Positions 9,125 to 19,148 of a stretch of 64,000 nt of DNA are shown piece by piece. Where the stretch lies: assembly GCA_965223545.1 (NCBI GenBank), contig OZ245006.1, positions 5,376,001 through 5,440,000 on the forward strand. Direction: 5' to 3'. The position numbers and the translations under genes were made by a program. Origin of the DNA: Planctomycetota bacterium. Lineage in GTDB: Bacteria > Planctomycetota > UBA1135 > UBA2386. Under the pieces are notes generated by a model, which was not told the origin of the DNA, did no database searches, and worked only from the letters and a program-made list of their open reading frames with translations. How positions within the stretch are numbered: the stretch's first letter is position 1; each line of letters starts with the position of its first letter.

Positions 9125-11388
9125 CTTATCATGGCGGCAGCGCCATGCGGTGGACTCGTGCCTTGTCCTTGAGTGCGGTCGTGTTCTTTGCCGGCCGTGC
9201 GCAAGCCCAGGAGCCGGCGGCGATCGACCCGGCGGCGTTCGTCCGCCGGCACTGCGCCGAGTGCCACGGTGGCGGCGAGGACCTCGAGGCCGATCTGGAT
9301 CTGGTGGGCTGGATCGAACGCGTGGGCGCCGGCCGCGAGTGGTCGGCCATCGACGTCGAGCGTGCGGCCCGGGTCAGCGAACGTCTCGCCGCGGGTGACA
9401 TGCCGCCGGACGGTGCCCGACAGCCGTCGGCGGCCGACCGGGCGGCGTTCGCCGGTTGGCTACAGGGGGGCCGCGCGGCGCCGGCGGTGACCATCCGTCG
9501 GCTCTCGCGCGTCGAGTACCGCAACTGCGTGCGCGACGTGCTCGGGGTCGACAGCGATCGCATCGACGCGGTGCCGCCCGCGGATCTCGGCCACGGCTTC
9601 GACAACATCGGGGCGGCGACGGCGTTCTCGCCCCTGCACCTCGAGGCCTACCTGGCGGTCGCCGAAGCGGTCGCGCAGCGCGCGATCTCGGTCGAGGACC
9701 CCGCCGCGCCGCCGCACCTGCACTTCGAAGCCGAGGCGATGGAGTGCTCGCTCGGCGAGGACGCCGTGCTCGGCGATTGGCTGTCCCTGTTCAGTAACGG
9801 CACCGCGCGCGTCGAGATCGAGCTGCCGCGCGCCGGTCGCTACCGCGTGCGGTTGCGCGCGCGGGGCCAGCAGGCCGGGCCCGACCCGGTGCAGGCATCC
9901 GTATGGGCGCAGGCGGCGCGCGTCGCGCAGCTGGTGATCGAGGACGAGGCGCCGGCCGAGCACGATCTGGAGGTCGAGCTCGACGGCGGCCGCCAGACGC
10001 TAGCGGTGTCGTTCGACAACGACTACTACCGGCCGCAGGCGGTCGACCCGGCGCAGCGCGACCGAAATCTGATCTTGGACTGGCTCGAGCTGATCGGTCC
10101 GCTCGACCCGCCGCGGCTCAGCTCCGGGCACCGGTGGCTGAGCGCGCTCGCGGGGGACCGCGGCAGCAACGCCGAGCGGCTCGCGCCGGCCGTGGAGCAG
10201 CTGCTGCTGCGATGCTGGCGGCGGCCGCCCTCGGCCACCGAGTTGGTCCGCGTCGTCGAGCGCGCCGCCGCCGTCGCCGACGACGAAGGTCGTTTGGTGT
10301 TCGGCTTGCGCCACGCCGTGGTCCTCGCCCTGGCGTCGCCGCACTTCTTGTTTCGGCCGGAGCCGGCCTTCGATGGCCACGCGCTGGCGGCGCGGCTGTC
10401 GTTCTTCCTCTGGAGCAGCGGACCCGATGCCGCGTTGCTCGCGGCCGCTGCGGACGGCTCGCTGCGGCGGCGCGCAGTGCTGTCGGCGCAGGCGGCGCGG
10501 CTGCTCGAGGACCCACGCGCCTCGGCCTTGGCGGAGAACTTCGCCGTGCAATGGCTCGAGCTGCGGGCGTTGCAAAACGAGCCGGAGGTGGCCGAGGAGC
10601 GCGGTGGATCGGACCAGGGCTTGCGCGCGGCGATGCGGCGGGAGAGTGTCCTGTTGTTCGAGACGGTGCTGCGCGAGCGGCGCCCGGCGACCGAGCTCCT
10701 GACCGCCGACTACACCTTCGTCAACGAGGCCCTGGCCCAGCACTATCGCTTGCCCGGTGTCCGCGGCGCGCACTTTCGTCGCGTGCCGCTGACCGACGCA
10801 CGGCGGCGCGGCCTGTTGGCCCACGCGGGCATTCTCACGCTGACCTCCAACCCCGACCGGACCTCACCGGTCAAACGCGGCAAGTGGATCCTGAGCAATC
10901 TGCTCGCGCGGCCTCCGGCACCACCGCCGCCGGGCGCCGACAGCTTCGACGAAGCCGCCGTCGACGGACCCGCGACCATGCGCGCGATGCTCGAAGCGCA
11001 CCGGCGGGACGCCCGCTGCGCTGCCTGCCACGCTCGCATGGACGGTCTCGGCCTGGCGCTCGAGCACTTCGACCGACTCGGTCGCTGGCGCGATTCCGCC
11101 GCCGGCCAGCCGATCGACGCCGGCGCGCTGCTGCCGGGGGGCACGCGCGTGGACGGCGTCGCGGGCGTCGTGGATGCGCTGGTACAGGACGCCGCGGTGG
11201 TGCGCGGTTTGCTGATCAAGCTGTTCACCTTCGGCGTCGGCCGGCCGCCGACCGCGCTCGAGCGCGCCGGGCTGGAACACGCGGCAGCGGCGCTGCCCGC
11301 CGACGCGCCGATCGCGGCGCTGATCGACCTGGTGGTGACCCACGCGGCGTTTCGCGAGGCGCCGGATGAACCCGAGGAGGCGAGATGA
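9121..11388 (+). CDS. DUF1592-family (DUF1587/1595/1592/1588/1585) planctomycete cytochrome c protein with inserted carbohydrate-binding-like domain
   Basis: CAECH and CAACH heme motifs; RRLSRVEY, GFDN, SPHFLFR, RLSFFLWSSGPD, TSPVKRGKW; start may be 9145. Confidence 0.85.
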   Translation: MTYHGGSAMRWTRALSLSAVVFFAGRAQAQEPAAIDPAAFVRRHCAECHGGGEDLEADLDLVGWIERVGAGREWSAIDVERAARVSERLAAGDMPPDGARQPSAADRAAFAGWLQGGRAAPAVTIRRLSRVEYRNCVRDVLGVDSDRIDAVPPADLGHGFDNIGAATAFSPLHLEAYLAVAEAVAQRAISVEDPAAPPHLHFEAEAMECSLGEDAVLGDWLSLFSNGTARVEIELPRAGRYRVRLRARGQQAGPDPVQASVWAQAARVAQLVIEDEAPAEHDLEVELDGGRQTLAVSFDNDYYRPQAVDPAQRDRNLILDWLELIGPLDPPRLSSGHRWLSALAGDRGSNAERLAPAVEQLLLRCWRRPPSATELVRVVERAAAVADDEGRLVFGLRHAVVLALASPHFLFRPEPAFDGHALAARLSFFLWSSGPDAALLAAAADGSLRRRAVLSAQAARLLEDPRASALAENFAVQWLELRALQNEPEVAEERGGSDQGLRAAMRRESVLLFETVLRERRPATELLTADYTFVNEALAQHYRLPGVRGAHFRRVPLTDARRRGLLAHAGILTLTSNPDRTSPVKRGKWILSNLLARPPAPPPPGADSFDEAAVDGPATMRAMLEAHRRDARCAACHARMDGLGLALEHFDRLGRWRDSAAGQPIDAGALLPGGTRVDGVAGVVDALVQDAAVVRGLLIKLFTFGVGRPPTALERAGLEHAAAALPADAPIAALIDLVVTHAAFREAPDEPEEAR

Positions 11389-12689
11389 CGCGGAGATCCC
11401 TGTCGCGGCGGACGTTCTTAGCCGGCAGCGGCGCCTGCCTCGCGTTGCCATGGCTCGAAGCGACCTCACCGGCCCGCGCGGCGGGCACACCGCGCGCGCT
11501 GTTCGTCTTTGCGCCCAACGGCGTGCACATGCCGGCGTGGACGCCCGCGGCGACCGGGATGGAGTTCGACCTGCCACCGACTTTGAAGCCGCTCGCGCCG
11601 GTGCGCACCACGGTGCGCGTCGTGTCTGGCCTGGAATTGGATCCCGCGCGCAGTCACGGCGATGGGCCGGGTGACCACGCCCGCGCGGCGGCCGCGTTCT
11701 TGACCTGTGCCCACCCGCGCAAGAACGGCCCCCTGCGCGTCGGCGTGTCGGTCGACCAGCTGCTGGCGCGCGCCTGGCGTGGGCACGCGCGCTTCGACAG
11801 CCTCGAGCTCGGCGTGCAGCGCGGCAGTGCGGCCGGCGTCTGTGACTCCGGCTACAGCTGTGCATACAGCAACCACATCGCGTGGCGCGCGCCCGGGTCG
11901 CCGCTGGCGGTGGAGAACGACCCGCGCCGCGTCTTCACGCGGTTGTTCGGTGCGGGGGACGCGACGCGAGAGGATCGAGTCGCGCGCCGGGCCCGGCGTC
12001 GCAGCGTGCTCGATGCGGTGCTCGCCGACGCCGATGCGCTGTCGCGGCGGCTCGGCGCTGCCGACCGCGCCAAGCTCGAGGACTACTTGACCGCGGTGCG
12101 GGAGGTCGAGCGGCGCATCGAGTGGGCCGAACAGCGCGACGCCGAGGTGGCCGAGGCGGCGGCCCGGCGCGAGCCGCCGGAGTGGATGGCGTCCCCGGTG
12201 GCGCGGGCGGACCGATTGGCGTTGCTCTACGAGCTGATCGCCATCGCGTGGCAGAGCGATGCCGCGCGCGTTTGCACGCTGATGCTGGGCACCGGTGGCA
12301 GCAACCTGAGCTATCCGGAGCTCGGCATCGACGCCGGCCATCACAGCCTGTCGCACCACCGCGGCAACGCCGACAACATGGCCAAGATCGAGCGGATCGA
12401 CCGCGCCCAGATCGAGCAGCTGGCGGCGTTCTTGGCGCGGCTCGACCAGCTCGGTCTACTCGAGGATGCGGTCGTCGTCTACGGGTCCGGCATCTCGGAT
12501 GGCAATCGCCACGATCACGCCGACTTGCCCATCCTGGTCGCCGGTGGCGGCGGCGGCCTCGGGTCGGCACAGCACCTCCGGGTGCCGCCGGCGACGCCGC
12601 TCGCCAACCTCTACCTCGAGCTGCTGCGGCGCTTCGGGGTCGAAGTGCCGCGCTTCGGTGACAGCACCGGCGGCTTGCCCGCGCTCTGA
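11385..12689 (+). CDS. DUF1552 domain-containing protein (Tat-exported)
   Basis: SRRTFL twin-arginine signal; PNGV, GDHAR, SVDQ, GYSCAY, HHSLSHH, DGNRHDH motifs; usual partner of DUF1592. Confidence 0.88.
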   Translation: MTRRSLSRRTFLAGSGACLALPWLEATSPARAAGTPRALFVFAPNGVHMPAWTPAATGMEFDLPPTLKPLAPVRTTVRVVSGLELDPARSHGDGPGDHARAAAAFLTCAHPRKNGPLRVGVSVDQLLARAWRGHARFDSLELGVQRGSAAGVCDSGYSCAYSNHIAWRAPGSPLAVENDPRRVFTRLFGAGDATREDRVARRARRRSVLDAVLADADALSRRLGAADRAKLEDYLTAVREVERRIEWAEQRDAEVAEAAARREPPEWMASPVARADRLALLYELIAIAWQSDAARVCTLMLGTGGSNLSYPELGIDAGHHSLSHHRGNADNMAKIERIDRAQIEQLAAFLARLDQLGLLEDAVVVYGSGISDGNRHDHADLPILVAGGGGGLGSAQHLRVPPATPLANLYLELLRRFGVEVPRFGDSTGGLPAL

Positions 12690-12708
12690 ACGGCGGCCTT
12701 TTCGGTAA

Positions 12709-14991
12709 TCAGCGGATGTCGACGGTGAGGCCGCCGGTCATCTGGGCGCCGAACGGGTTCGAGCCGGGGCTGACGTACAGCCACTGCATGTAGATCGTGC
12801 CGCTGACGGTGGACGGGATCGTCAAGCGTTGGTTGTAGGACGACGTCGGCAAGACGACGTTCAGCGTGGTCATGGCCTGCGTCGGGTCGACCAGCAGCGG
12901 GCAGCCTGTCATCCCGATGAAGCTGAGGTCGAGGTTGGTCTGGGCGCCGCCGATGAGCAGGACACCGTTGACCCCGCTGGGCGCACCGGTGATGCGGGCG
13001 ATGAAGTTTCTCGTGCCCGCCCACGGGAGGTTCGCGTGGTTGTTGGTGGCGCTGCTGATCGAAGCATTGCCGCATCCGGTGCCATAGGGGGCCGGCAGGT
13101 TGATCGCCGGGTAGGCGAGCTTGGTCGCCGAGACGACCGCGGTCGAAGCGTAGGCGATCGAGTACTCGTGGTTGTCGTCGTCGTAGGTGATCGACGGGTG
13201 GGCCGCGCCCGAGGTCGGCGTAATGCTCGCCGACTCGGCGATCTTGCCGTCGACGCCGATCCGATCGACGTAGGAGACCAGCGGCTGCGCCAACGTCTCA
13301 CTGGTCACGCAGGCATAGTGGCTGCGGGTTTCCCGGTCGTGGGCGACTCCGCCGAGCAGCAGAGCGCGGCCCTGACGCAGGCGCTCGTGTGCCAGGGAGG
13401 TTGGCAATGACGACTGAACACCCCACTGGAGCACCTGCACCCACGCTTCGGAGCCGGTGTTGCCGATCTGGGGAAACAGGTTGGCACGCTGCAGGTAGGC
13501 GATGCTGTAGTTGTCGAGACTGCCGGCAATGCGAGGCGCAAAGCTGTGCATCGCGTTGGCGAGATTGCCGAGCGAGACGTAGGAGTTCGAGCTGCCGTTC
13601 TGGTCGACGCGCGTCGCGAACACGTCCCAATCGTCCTGCGGGATGATCGTGTCGAGGCTCTGGAAGACGCACACCCAGTCGTCGCCCGAGGACTCGCGCT
13701 GCTCGTTGATGTCGGGGCGGTCGGTGTCCTTCAGCACGCTGGTGCTACTCACCGAGTAGTGTCGGATTGCACGGCCGGCGCGAACGTCGACCACGGTGGC
13801 GCGGATCGACGAGTTGTTGGTGTCGGGTTGACCGCTGTCGGAGCGGTAGACGACCAGGGCTTCGTCGCCGGCGAACCGGTTCGAGCAGCCGCCCACCGCG
13901 ATGTGGTGCGCCCAGTCGGTCGAGCGCAGCGCGACGATGCTGGTGCTGACCGAGAAGTTGCCGGCGTCGTGCAAATGGGCCCTGAGGTAGCCGATGTTGC
14001 TGGAGGGCACCAGGCGGTTGAAACCGATGACCCACCGCTGCGGTGCGGCGACGTAGGCCACGTCCATGCTGTCCGTGCTCCAGGACGCGGTGATGTCGGT
14101 GAACACCGGCGCGGACGGCGAGAAGTCGTCGTCCATCAAGTAGGCGTAGCCGTCGTAGTCGGCGCTGGAGACCGCGCGGGTGAAGACGATCATCAGCTGG
14201 CCGGTCTCGGCATCGCGCCCGATTTCGGTGTCGGCGGGGGTTGCGCCACCGGCGGAGATCGAGCGAGCGCTGAGCAGCGGATCGACGGTCAGCGGGAACT
14301 GGGCGTCGCGCACGGCGTCCGCGGCGAGCCGCAGCTCGACCTCGCCGGCGACGATCGTCGTGGTCATCGCCGTCTGGCGGCCGGCCGCGTCGATCGCGAT
14401 CGCCGCGCCGTAGCGGACACGCTCGCGGCCCGTAGCGTCGCGCAGCGCGAGCGCGCCGGAGCGCGGGGTCGCGGAGTCGATGTCGAGCTCACTGATCAGC
14501 TGGCCACGCACGACGAGATCTCCTCGCACCGAGCTTCCTTCCACGGCGGGCCGCTGCGCGATGACGAAGGTCTGCTCGACACCGTCGCGCCGCACGTCGT
14601 AGGCCTCCGTGAAGCCGGGATAGCGGTACTCGTAGCGCCAATCCTGAGCGTGCCCGCGCATCGCCTTCGCGGCGTCCGACGTCATCAGCTGGTGCCCGCC
14701 GATCGAGACGCCGGTGGTCCGCCAGCGCACCGGCAGGTTGCGCGGCGCGTCGGCACCGAGCACCGGGTAGAACACCATCCCGTCGTGGAACGACACCTTG
14801 TAGTCGGGGCCGGCGGCCCAAGTCCCGTAATCGGCAACGGCCTCGTCGGCACCGGTGTGCACGGCCACCATCCAGCGCGCGGCATCGATCGCCTGGACTT
14901 GCTCCAGGGTCGGTGAAGGGTTCTGGGCAGCCGGCGGGGCGATCGAGACGCTGCCAAGCACCATGAGCGAGATCAGGCGGTTTCGTTCCAT
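12709..14991 (-). CDS. Large secreted protein of unknown function with C-terminal accessory domain
   Basis: GAGGTG SD before ATG 14991; signal peptide; N-terminal domain ending LTVDP; beta-rich core; C-terminal YGTGC…IGMTGC…NPFG…TGGL module. Confidence 0.7.
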   Translation of the reverse strand: MERNRLISLMVLGSVSIAPPAAQNPSPTLEQVQAIDAARWMVAVHTGADEAVADYGTWAAGPDYKVSFHDGMVFYPVLGADAPRNLPVRWRTTGVSIGGHQLMTSDAAKAMRGHAQDWRYEYRYPGFTEAYDVRRDGVEQTFVIAQRPAVEGSSVRGDLVVRGQLISELDIDSATPRSGALALRDATGRERVRYGAAIAIDAAGRQTAMTTTIVAGEVELRLAADAVRDAQFPLTVDPLLSARSISAGGATPADTEIGRDAETGQLMIVFTRAVSSADYDGYAYLMDDDFSPSAPVFTDITASWSTDSMDVAYVAAPQRWVIGFNRLVPSSNIGYLRAHLHDAGNFSVSTSIVALRSTDWAHHIAVGGCSNRFAGDEALVVYRSDSGQPDTNNSSIRATVVDVRAGRAIRHYSVSSTSVLKDTDRPDINEQRESSGDDWVCVFQSLDTIIPQDDWDVFATRVDQNGSSNSYVSLGNLANAMHSFAPRIAGSLDNYSIAYLQRANLFPQIGNTGSEAWVQVLQWGVQSSLPTSLAHERLRQGRALLLGGVAHDRETRSHYACVTSETLAQPLVSYVDRIGVDGKIAESASITPTSGAAHPSITYDDDNHEYSIAYASTAVVSATKLAYPAINLPAPYGTGCGNASISSATNNHANLPWAGTRNFIARITGAPSGVNGVLLIGGAQTNLDLSFIGMTGCPLLVDPTQAMTTLNVVLPTSSYNQRLTIPSTVSGTIYMQWLYVSPGSNPFGAQMTGGLTVDIR

Positions 14992-15144
14992 CGTGGTCAC
15001 CTCGTGTTTCGGGTGACCTGATGCGTCAGGAGGGGGCGACGGCGGCCAACATTCGGGTTTCAGCAACTCGAGGGAGTACGTCGTGCCCTGAGCAGGCCGC
15101 GTCTTGCGGTCTCGACTCCGTCGGTGGACGCTTGGGGGTTCACC

Positions 15145-15639
15145 ATGGCCGATTCCGAACCCGTCCCTCCCGAGCGCGAAGACTCGGACCCACGAGACTC
15201 CGACCGCACGCGTCAATGGTGCGATGACATGCGGTGCCACGTCGCGGGCTACCTCGACGCGGAGCGGGTGCGCCACGGCCAGGTCGGCGACCGGCCGGTG
15301 TTTCAGGTCGCCCCCTACGTCTCGGTTTGGGAGGTCGAGAGCGCGGCCCGGCCGGGGAATGTCGGTGGCTGGGTGGTCTGCGGCGATCTGCCGACCGACT
15401 GCGTGTGCGCCGAAGAGGTGGCGCACCCGCGCGCGGCGTTGGCGGCGATCGCCGAGCGGTGGAGGCGCTACGCGGAGGCGGTGCGGCGGGGCGAGCCGCC
15501 GGAGGGGTTCGAGATCGCCGGCGTCGCCGACGATCCCGACAACCTGTTGCCGCAGCTGGAGAGCCGGGCGGAGACGTTGGCGCAGTGGGCGGAGGACGAC
15601 GGGGCCTGGAGCGACGAGGCTTCGGATCAGCAGAGCTGA
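15145..15639 (+). CDS. DUF4826-like hypothetical protein
   Basis: APYVSVWEVES…GWVVCGDLPTD…AERW pattern recalled for DUF4826. Confidence 0.6.
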   Translation: MADSEPVPPEREDSDPRDSDRTRQWCDDMRCHVAGYLDAERVRHGQVGDRPVFQVAPYVSVWEVESAARPGNVGGWVVCGDLPTDCVCAEEVAHPRAALAAIAERWRRYAEAVRRGEPPEGFEIAGVADDPDNLLPQLESRAETLAQWAEDDGAWSDEASDQQS

Positions 15640-15643
15640 CGCC

Positions 15644-16561
15644 TCAGGCTTCGGCCAGCGCCGCGCCGACGCGCAGCTTCATCGAGTGCAGCGTGTTGCG
15701 CATCAGCATGGCGATCGTCATGGGGCCGACACCGCCGGGCACCGGGGTGATCCAGCCGGCGATCTCCGCCGCTTTGTCGTAGTCGACATCGCCGCGCAGG
15801 ATGGCGACGGTCTTGCCGGTCTTCTCGCTGACGCGCTCGCCGACGCGGTTGACGCCGACGTCGATGACGCACGCCCCGGGCTTGATCCACTCCGGCTGCA
15901 CCAAGCCGGGCACGCCGGCGGCGACGATCAGGATGTCGGCGCGGCGGCAGTGGGCGGCGAGGTCGCGGGTGCGCGTGTGCACGACGGTGACCGTCGAATT
16001 GGCGCCCGCGCCCTTCTGCATCATCATCGTCGCGATGGGCTTGCCGACGATGTTCGAGCGGCCGACGACGACGACTTCGGCTCCGCTGGTCTCGATGCCC
16101 GCGCGTAGGATCATCTCGCGGATGCCGGCGGGCGTACACGGCGGGAAGCGTACGTCGTCGCCGATCAGTAGTCGGCCCGCGTTGACCGGGTGAAACCCGT
16201 CGACGTCCTTGTCGGGATCGATCGCCAACAGGACCTTGTTCTCGTCGATGTGGTCCGGGAGCGGCAGCTGCACCAAGATGCCGTCGATACTCGGGTCGTC
16301 GTTGTAGCGCTGGATCAGCGCCAGCAGCGCTGCTTCGTCGATGTCGGCCGGTTGGTTGTCCTGGACTTCGTGAAAGCCGATGCCGATCGCGGTCTGCACC
16401 TTGAGGCGCACATACGATTGGGATGCCGGGTTGTCGCCGACGAGAATCGTGACCAGGCCGGGCGGACGGCCGTGCTGGGCGGCGAGTTGGTCGACCTCGG
16501 TCTTGATCTCGTCGAGGATCGTCTGGCGCAGCGCCGTTCCGGAGATGATCTGTGCGGGCAT
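15644..16561 (-). CDS. folD: Bifunctional methylenetetrahydrofolate dehydrogenase/cyclohydrolase
   Basis: ILVQLPLP, KDVDGFHP, PCTP, GRSNIVGKP, DVGVN, TPVPGGVGPMT. Confidence 0.96.
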   Translation of the reverse strand: MPAQIISGTALRQTILDEIKTEVDQLAAQHGRPPGLVTILVGDNPASQSYVRLKVQTAIGIGFHEVQDNQPADIDEAALLALIQRYNDDPSIDGILVQLPLPDHIDENKVLLAIDPDKDVDGFHPVNAGRLLIGDDVRFPPCTPAGIREMILRAGIETSGAEVVVVGRSNIVGKPIATMMMQKGAGANSTVTVVHTRTRDLAAHCRRADILIVAAGVPGLVQPEWIKPGACVIDVGVNRVGERVSEKTGKTVAILRGDVDYDKAAEIAGWITPVPGGVGPMTIAMLMRNTLHSMKLRVGAALAEA

Positions 16562-16611
16562 GAGAAAAGCGTGGTCGGCGGAAGGACCAAACCCTAGCAG
16601 GTTGGCAAGCG

Positions 16612-17967
16612 GTGGCCAGCGTTCGTACGGTGTCGGTGTTGAACGCGGTTCGCCCATCCCCGTCGTCTTCGAGTCTCTGGGTGCTCGTCGTGCTCGGTGC
16701 CGGCTGGCGCGTCGGCGTCGCGGCGCGGACACCGGTGCCGGCGGAGGACGGCGCCAACTACCTCTGGATGGCCGAGCAGCTGGCGCGGGGCGCGCCGTGC
16801 GCGACCCTGGACGCGGTGTTTCCGCCGCTCAACAGCATGGTCTGTGCGGTCGGCGTCGCCCTGCTGCCGTGGCTGGAGCCGTTCCGCGCCGCGCAGCTGG
16901 TGTTGGCAGTGGTCGGCGCGCTGGCGGCCGTGCCGCTGGCCCGCTTGGTCGAGCGCGTCGCGCCCGGCGGTGGGTGGGCGGCGGCCTGGTTGATGGTCAC
17001 CGCGCCGCTGCCGATTCGCTGTGCCGCCGAGATCTACAGTGAGCCGGCCTACCTGCTGTGCGCGTCGATGGCGCTCCACGCGTGGGTGCGCGGCGCGTCG
17101 GGCGCCGCCGGCGCCTGGCTCGGGGCAGCGTCCTGGGCGCGGCCCGAGGCGTTGGTGTTGGCGGGAGCGTTGGCGCTCGCCGCGCCGCGGAAGGCTTGGC
17201 GGATGCTGTGGCCCGTCGCGGTCGCCGCCGCCGTGCTCTCCGCGGCGCGCGCGTTGTGTGGGCACGGGCCGGATCCGATGCCGAAAGCCGGGTTTGTCTG
17301 GGAGCGCACCATCGGGGTGGCGCCGGGGATCGGCGACATGGTCGCCGCGTTCGGCCGGCACGCGCTGCAGATGCCGTGGCTGTGGGTCGAGGCGTTCGCG
17401 ATCTCGGGCGTGCTGGCGGTGTTGGGGGTGTGGCGCGGCGCACTCGCGCACCGGCGCGCGTTCTTGGCAGCGGCCGTGCTGGGGTGTGCGCTGATCTGCG
17501 CGTTCTTGCCGCGCCGGCGCTTCCTCGTCACCTGGCTGCCGGTGGTCCTGCCACTCGCGGTCGCCGGCTTGGGCGCGCTGCCCGCGCGATGCCGCTCCTT
17601 CGTGCTGGCCGCGGCCGTGCTGCTCAACGTCGCGCTCTCGGTGCGCGTCATCGACGCCGACCGGGTCGCCGAGCGCCGCGTCGGCGCCTGGCTCGCGACC
17701 CAGTGTGCGCCCGGCGAGCGGATCACCGGCGACATGACCCGCGTGCTCTACTTCGCCGGCGAACGCCCGCTTCCCCCCAAGCCGTTCACCGCCGAACAGC
17801 TGGCCGACCGCGCCCACGCCGTCCGAGCCCGCTTCGTCGTCCTCGGCGCGCGCCGCCCGACGACCCCCGAAGCTCGGCGCCTCCTCGGCGACTACCGCCC
17901 GCTCCGCCTCCCCCCAGAGCTCGCCGAGCTCGCCCACCGCCGCGGCATCCTCACACTCCACCGCTAG
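16612..17967 (+). CDS. Polytopic membrane glycosyltransferase-like protein (GT-C, ArnT/PMT-like)
   Basis: Many hydrophobic helices; DG..Y after TM1, FPP, SEP and RPE motifs; start uncertain. Confidence 0.6.
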   Translation: MASVRTVSVLNAVRPSPSSSSLWVLVVLGAGWRVGVAARTPVPAEDGANYLWMAEQLARGAPCATLDAVFPPLNSMVCAVGVALLPWLEPFRAAQLVLAVVGALAAVPLARLVERVAPGGGWAAAWLMVTAPLPIRCAAEIYSEPAYLLCASMALHAWVRGASGAAGAWLGAASWARPEALVLAGALALAAPRKAWRMLWPVAVAAAVLSAARALCGHGPDPMPKAGFVWERTIGVAPGIGDMVAAFGRHALQMPWLWVEAFAISGVLAVLGVWRGALAHRRAFLAAAVLGCALICAFLPRRRFLVTWLPVVLPLAVAGLGALPARCRSFVLAAAVLLNVALSVRVIDADRVAERRVGAWLATQCAPGERITGDMTRVLYFAGERPLPPKPFTAEQLADRAHAVRARFVVLGARRPTTPEARRLLGDYRPLRLPPELAELAHRRGILTLHR

Positions 17968-17968
17968 C

Positions 17969-18050
17969 GAAAGTACGGAGTCAGGCTCGATTTTCTCGCT
18001 TCGCCGACGTGCCGGCGAAGCGAGAAAATCGAGCCTGACTCCGTACTTTC
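17969..18050. repeat. Perfect 38-bp inverted repeat (REPIN-like doublet; possible bidirectional terminator)
   Basis: GAAAGTACGGAGTCAGGCTCGATTTTCTCGCTTCGCCG (17969-18006), 6-nt loop, exact reverse complement (18013-18050); lies between convergent genes. Confidence 0.92.
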
Positions 18051-19137
18051 AGATGAGGAAGTGGCAGATGTCGCCGTCTTGCAGGACGTAGTCCTTGCCC
18101 TCGACGCGCAGCTTGCCGGCGGCCTTGATCGCCGCTTCGCTGCGGTGCTCCATCAGATCGTCGAACTGATAGACCTCGGCGCGGATGTAGCGTTTGACGA
18201 AGTCGGTGTGGATGACGCCGGCGCCGACCGGACCGGTGTCGCCCTTGCGGATGACCCAGGCGCGGACTTCCTTCTCGCCGGCGGTGAAGAAGGTCTGCAG
18301 GCCGAGGAGGTCGAAGCCCTTGTGGATCAGTTGGCCGAGCCCCGATTCGGTGAAGCCCAGCTCCTCCATGAACATCGCCCGTTCGTCGCCGTCCATGCGC
18401 ACCAGCTCGGCCTCGATGTCGCCGCACAGGGGCAGCACCTCGCTGCCCGAGCGCGCGGCGTATTCGCGCAATGCAGCGACGTGCGTGCCCTCACCGGCGA
18501 CATCGTCGTCACCGACGTTGGCGACGAACAGCATCGGCTTGACCGTCATCAAGAACAGCGGTTGCAGCGCCTTGAGCTCGAGTGCGCTCCAGGCGTGCGT
18601 GCGCAGGGGTTGATCGGTCTGCAGGTGGTCACGGGCCTTCTCGAACAGCTCTTTCTCCCGCTGGCAGTCCTTGTCGCCGGCGCGCGCCTTCTTCGCCACG
18701 CGCTCGATGTTGCGCTCGAGGGTGGCGAGGTCGGCTTGGCTCAGCTCGAGGTCTACGACCTCGGCGTCGATCGCCGGATCGAGATCGCCGGTGACGTGCT
18801 GCACGCCGCTTTTTTGGAAACAGCGGACGACGTGCAACAGCACGTCCGCCTCTTTGATCGCGCCGAGAAACGAGATGCCCATGCCTTCGCCCTGGCTCGA
18901 GCCCGACACCAGTCCGGGGATGTCGACCACGGTCATCTGCGCCGGCACGATTCGCTGCGTGGGGATGCACTCGGCGATCTTCGCCAGCCGCGGGTCCGGC
19001 ACGTCGACGGTGCCCTGCACCGGACCGGTGGTGCTGAACATGTAGTCCGAACGCTCCACCTCTTGTTGGGTGATGGCGCCGAAGATCGTGGTCTTGCCGA
19101 CGTTGGGCAGGCCGACGATGCCGCATGAAAGGCCCAT
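18049..19137 (-). CDS. ychF: Redox-regulated ribosome-binding ATPase YchF
   Basis: GIVGLPNVGKTT, DIPGLV, HVVRCF, FFTAGEKEVRAW, AGVIHTDF, EGKDYV.QDGD. Confidence 0.96.
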   Translation of the reverse strand: MGLSCGIVGLPNVGKTTIFGAITQQEVERSDYMFSTTGPVQGTVDVPDPRLAKIAECIPTQRIVPAQMTVVDIPGLVSGSSQGEGMGISFLGAIKEADVLLHVVRCFQKSGVQHVTGDLDPAIDAEVVDLELSQADLATLERNIERVAKKARAGDKDCQREKELFEKARDHLQTDQPLRTHAWSALELKALQPLFLMTVKPMLFVANVGDDDVAGEGTHVAALREYAARSGSEVLPLCGDIEAELVRMDGDERAMFMEELGFTESGLGQLIHKGFDLLGLQTFFTAGEKEVRAWVIRKGDTGPVGAGVIHTDFVKRYIRAEVYQFDDLMEHRSEAAIKAAGKLRVEGKDYVLQDGDICHFLI

Positions 19138-19148
19138 GGCGGCGCAGG

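Noticed and set aside
12709..15426. ORF-track N-terminal extensions (also 1866-3266, 18049-20154, 43912-45534, 57574-59394, 6149-9124)
   Set aside because: The extensions overlap other real genes; homology, signal peptides and SD or -10 boxes support downstream starts.
17964..18050. Repeat considered as a CRISPR repeat or IS terminal inverted repeat
   Set aside because: No regularly spaced direct repeats with spacers, no cas genes, no transposase and no evident target-site duplication.
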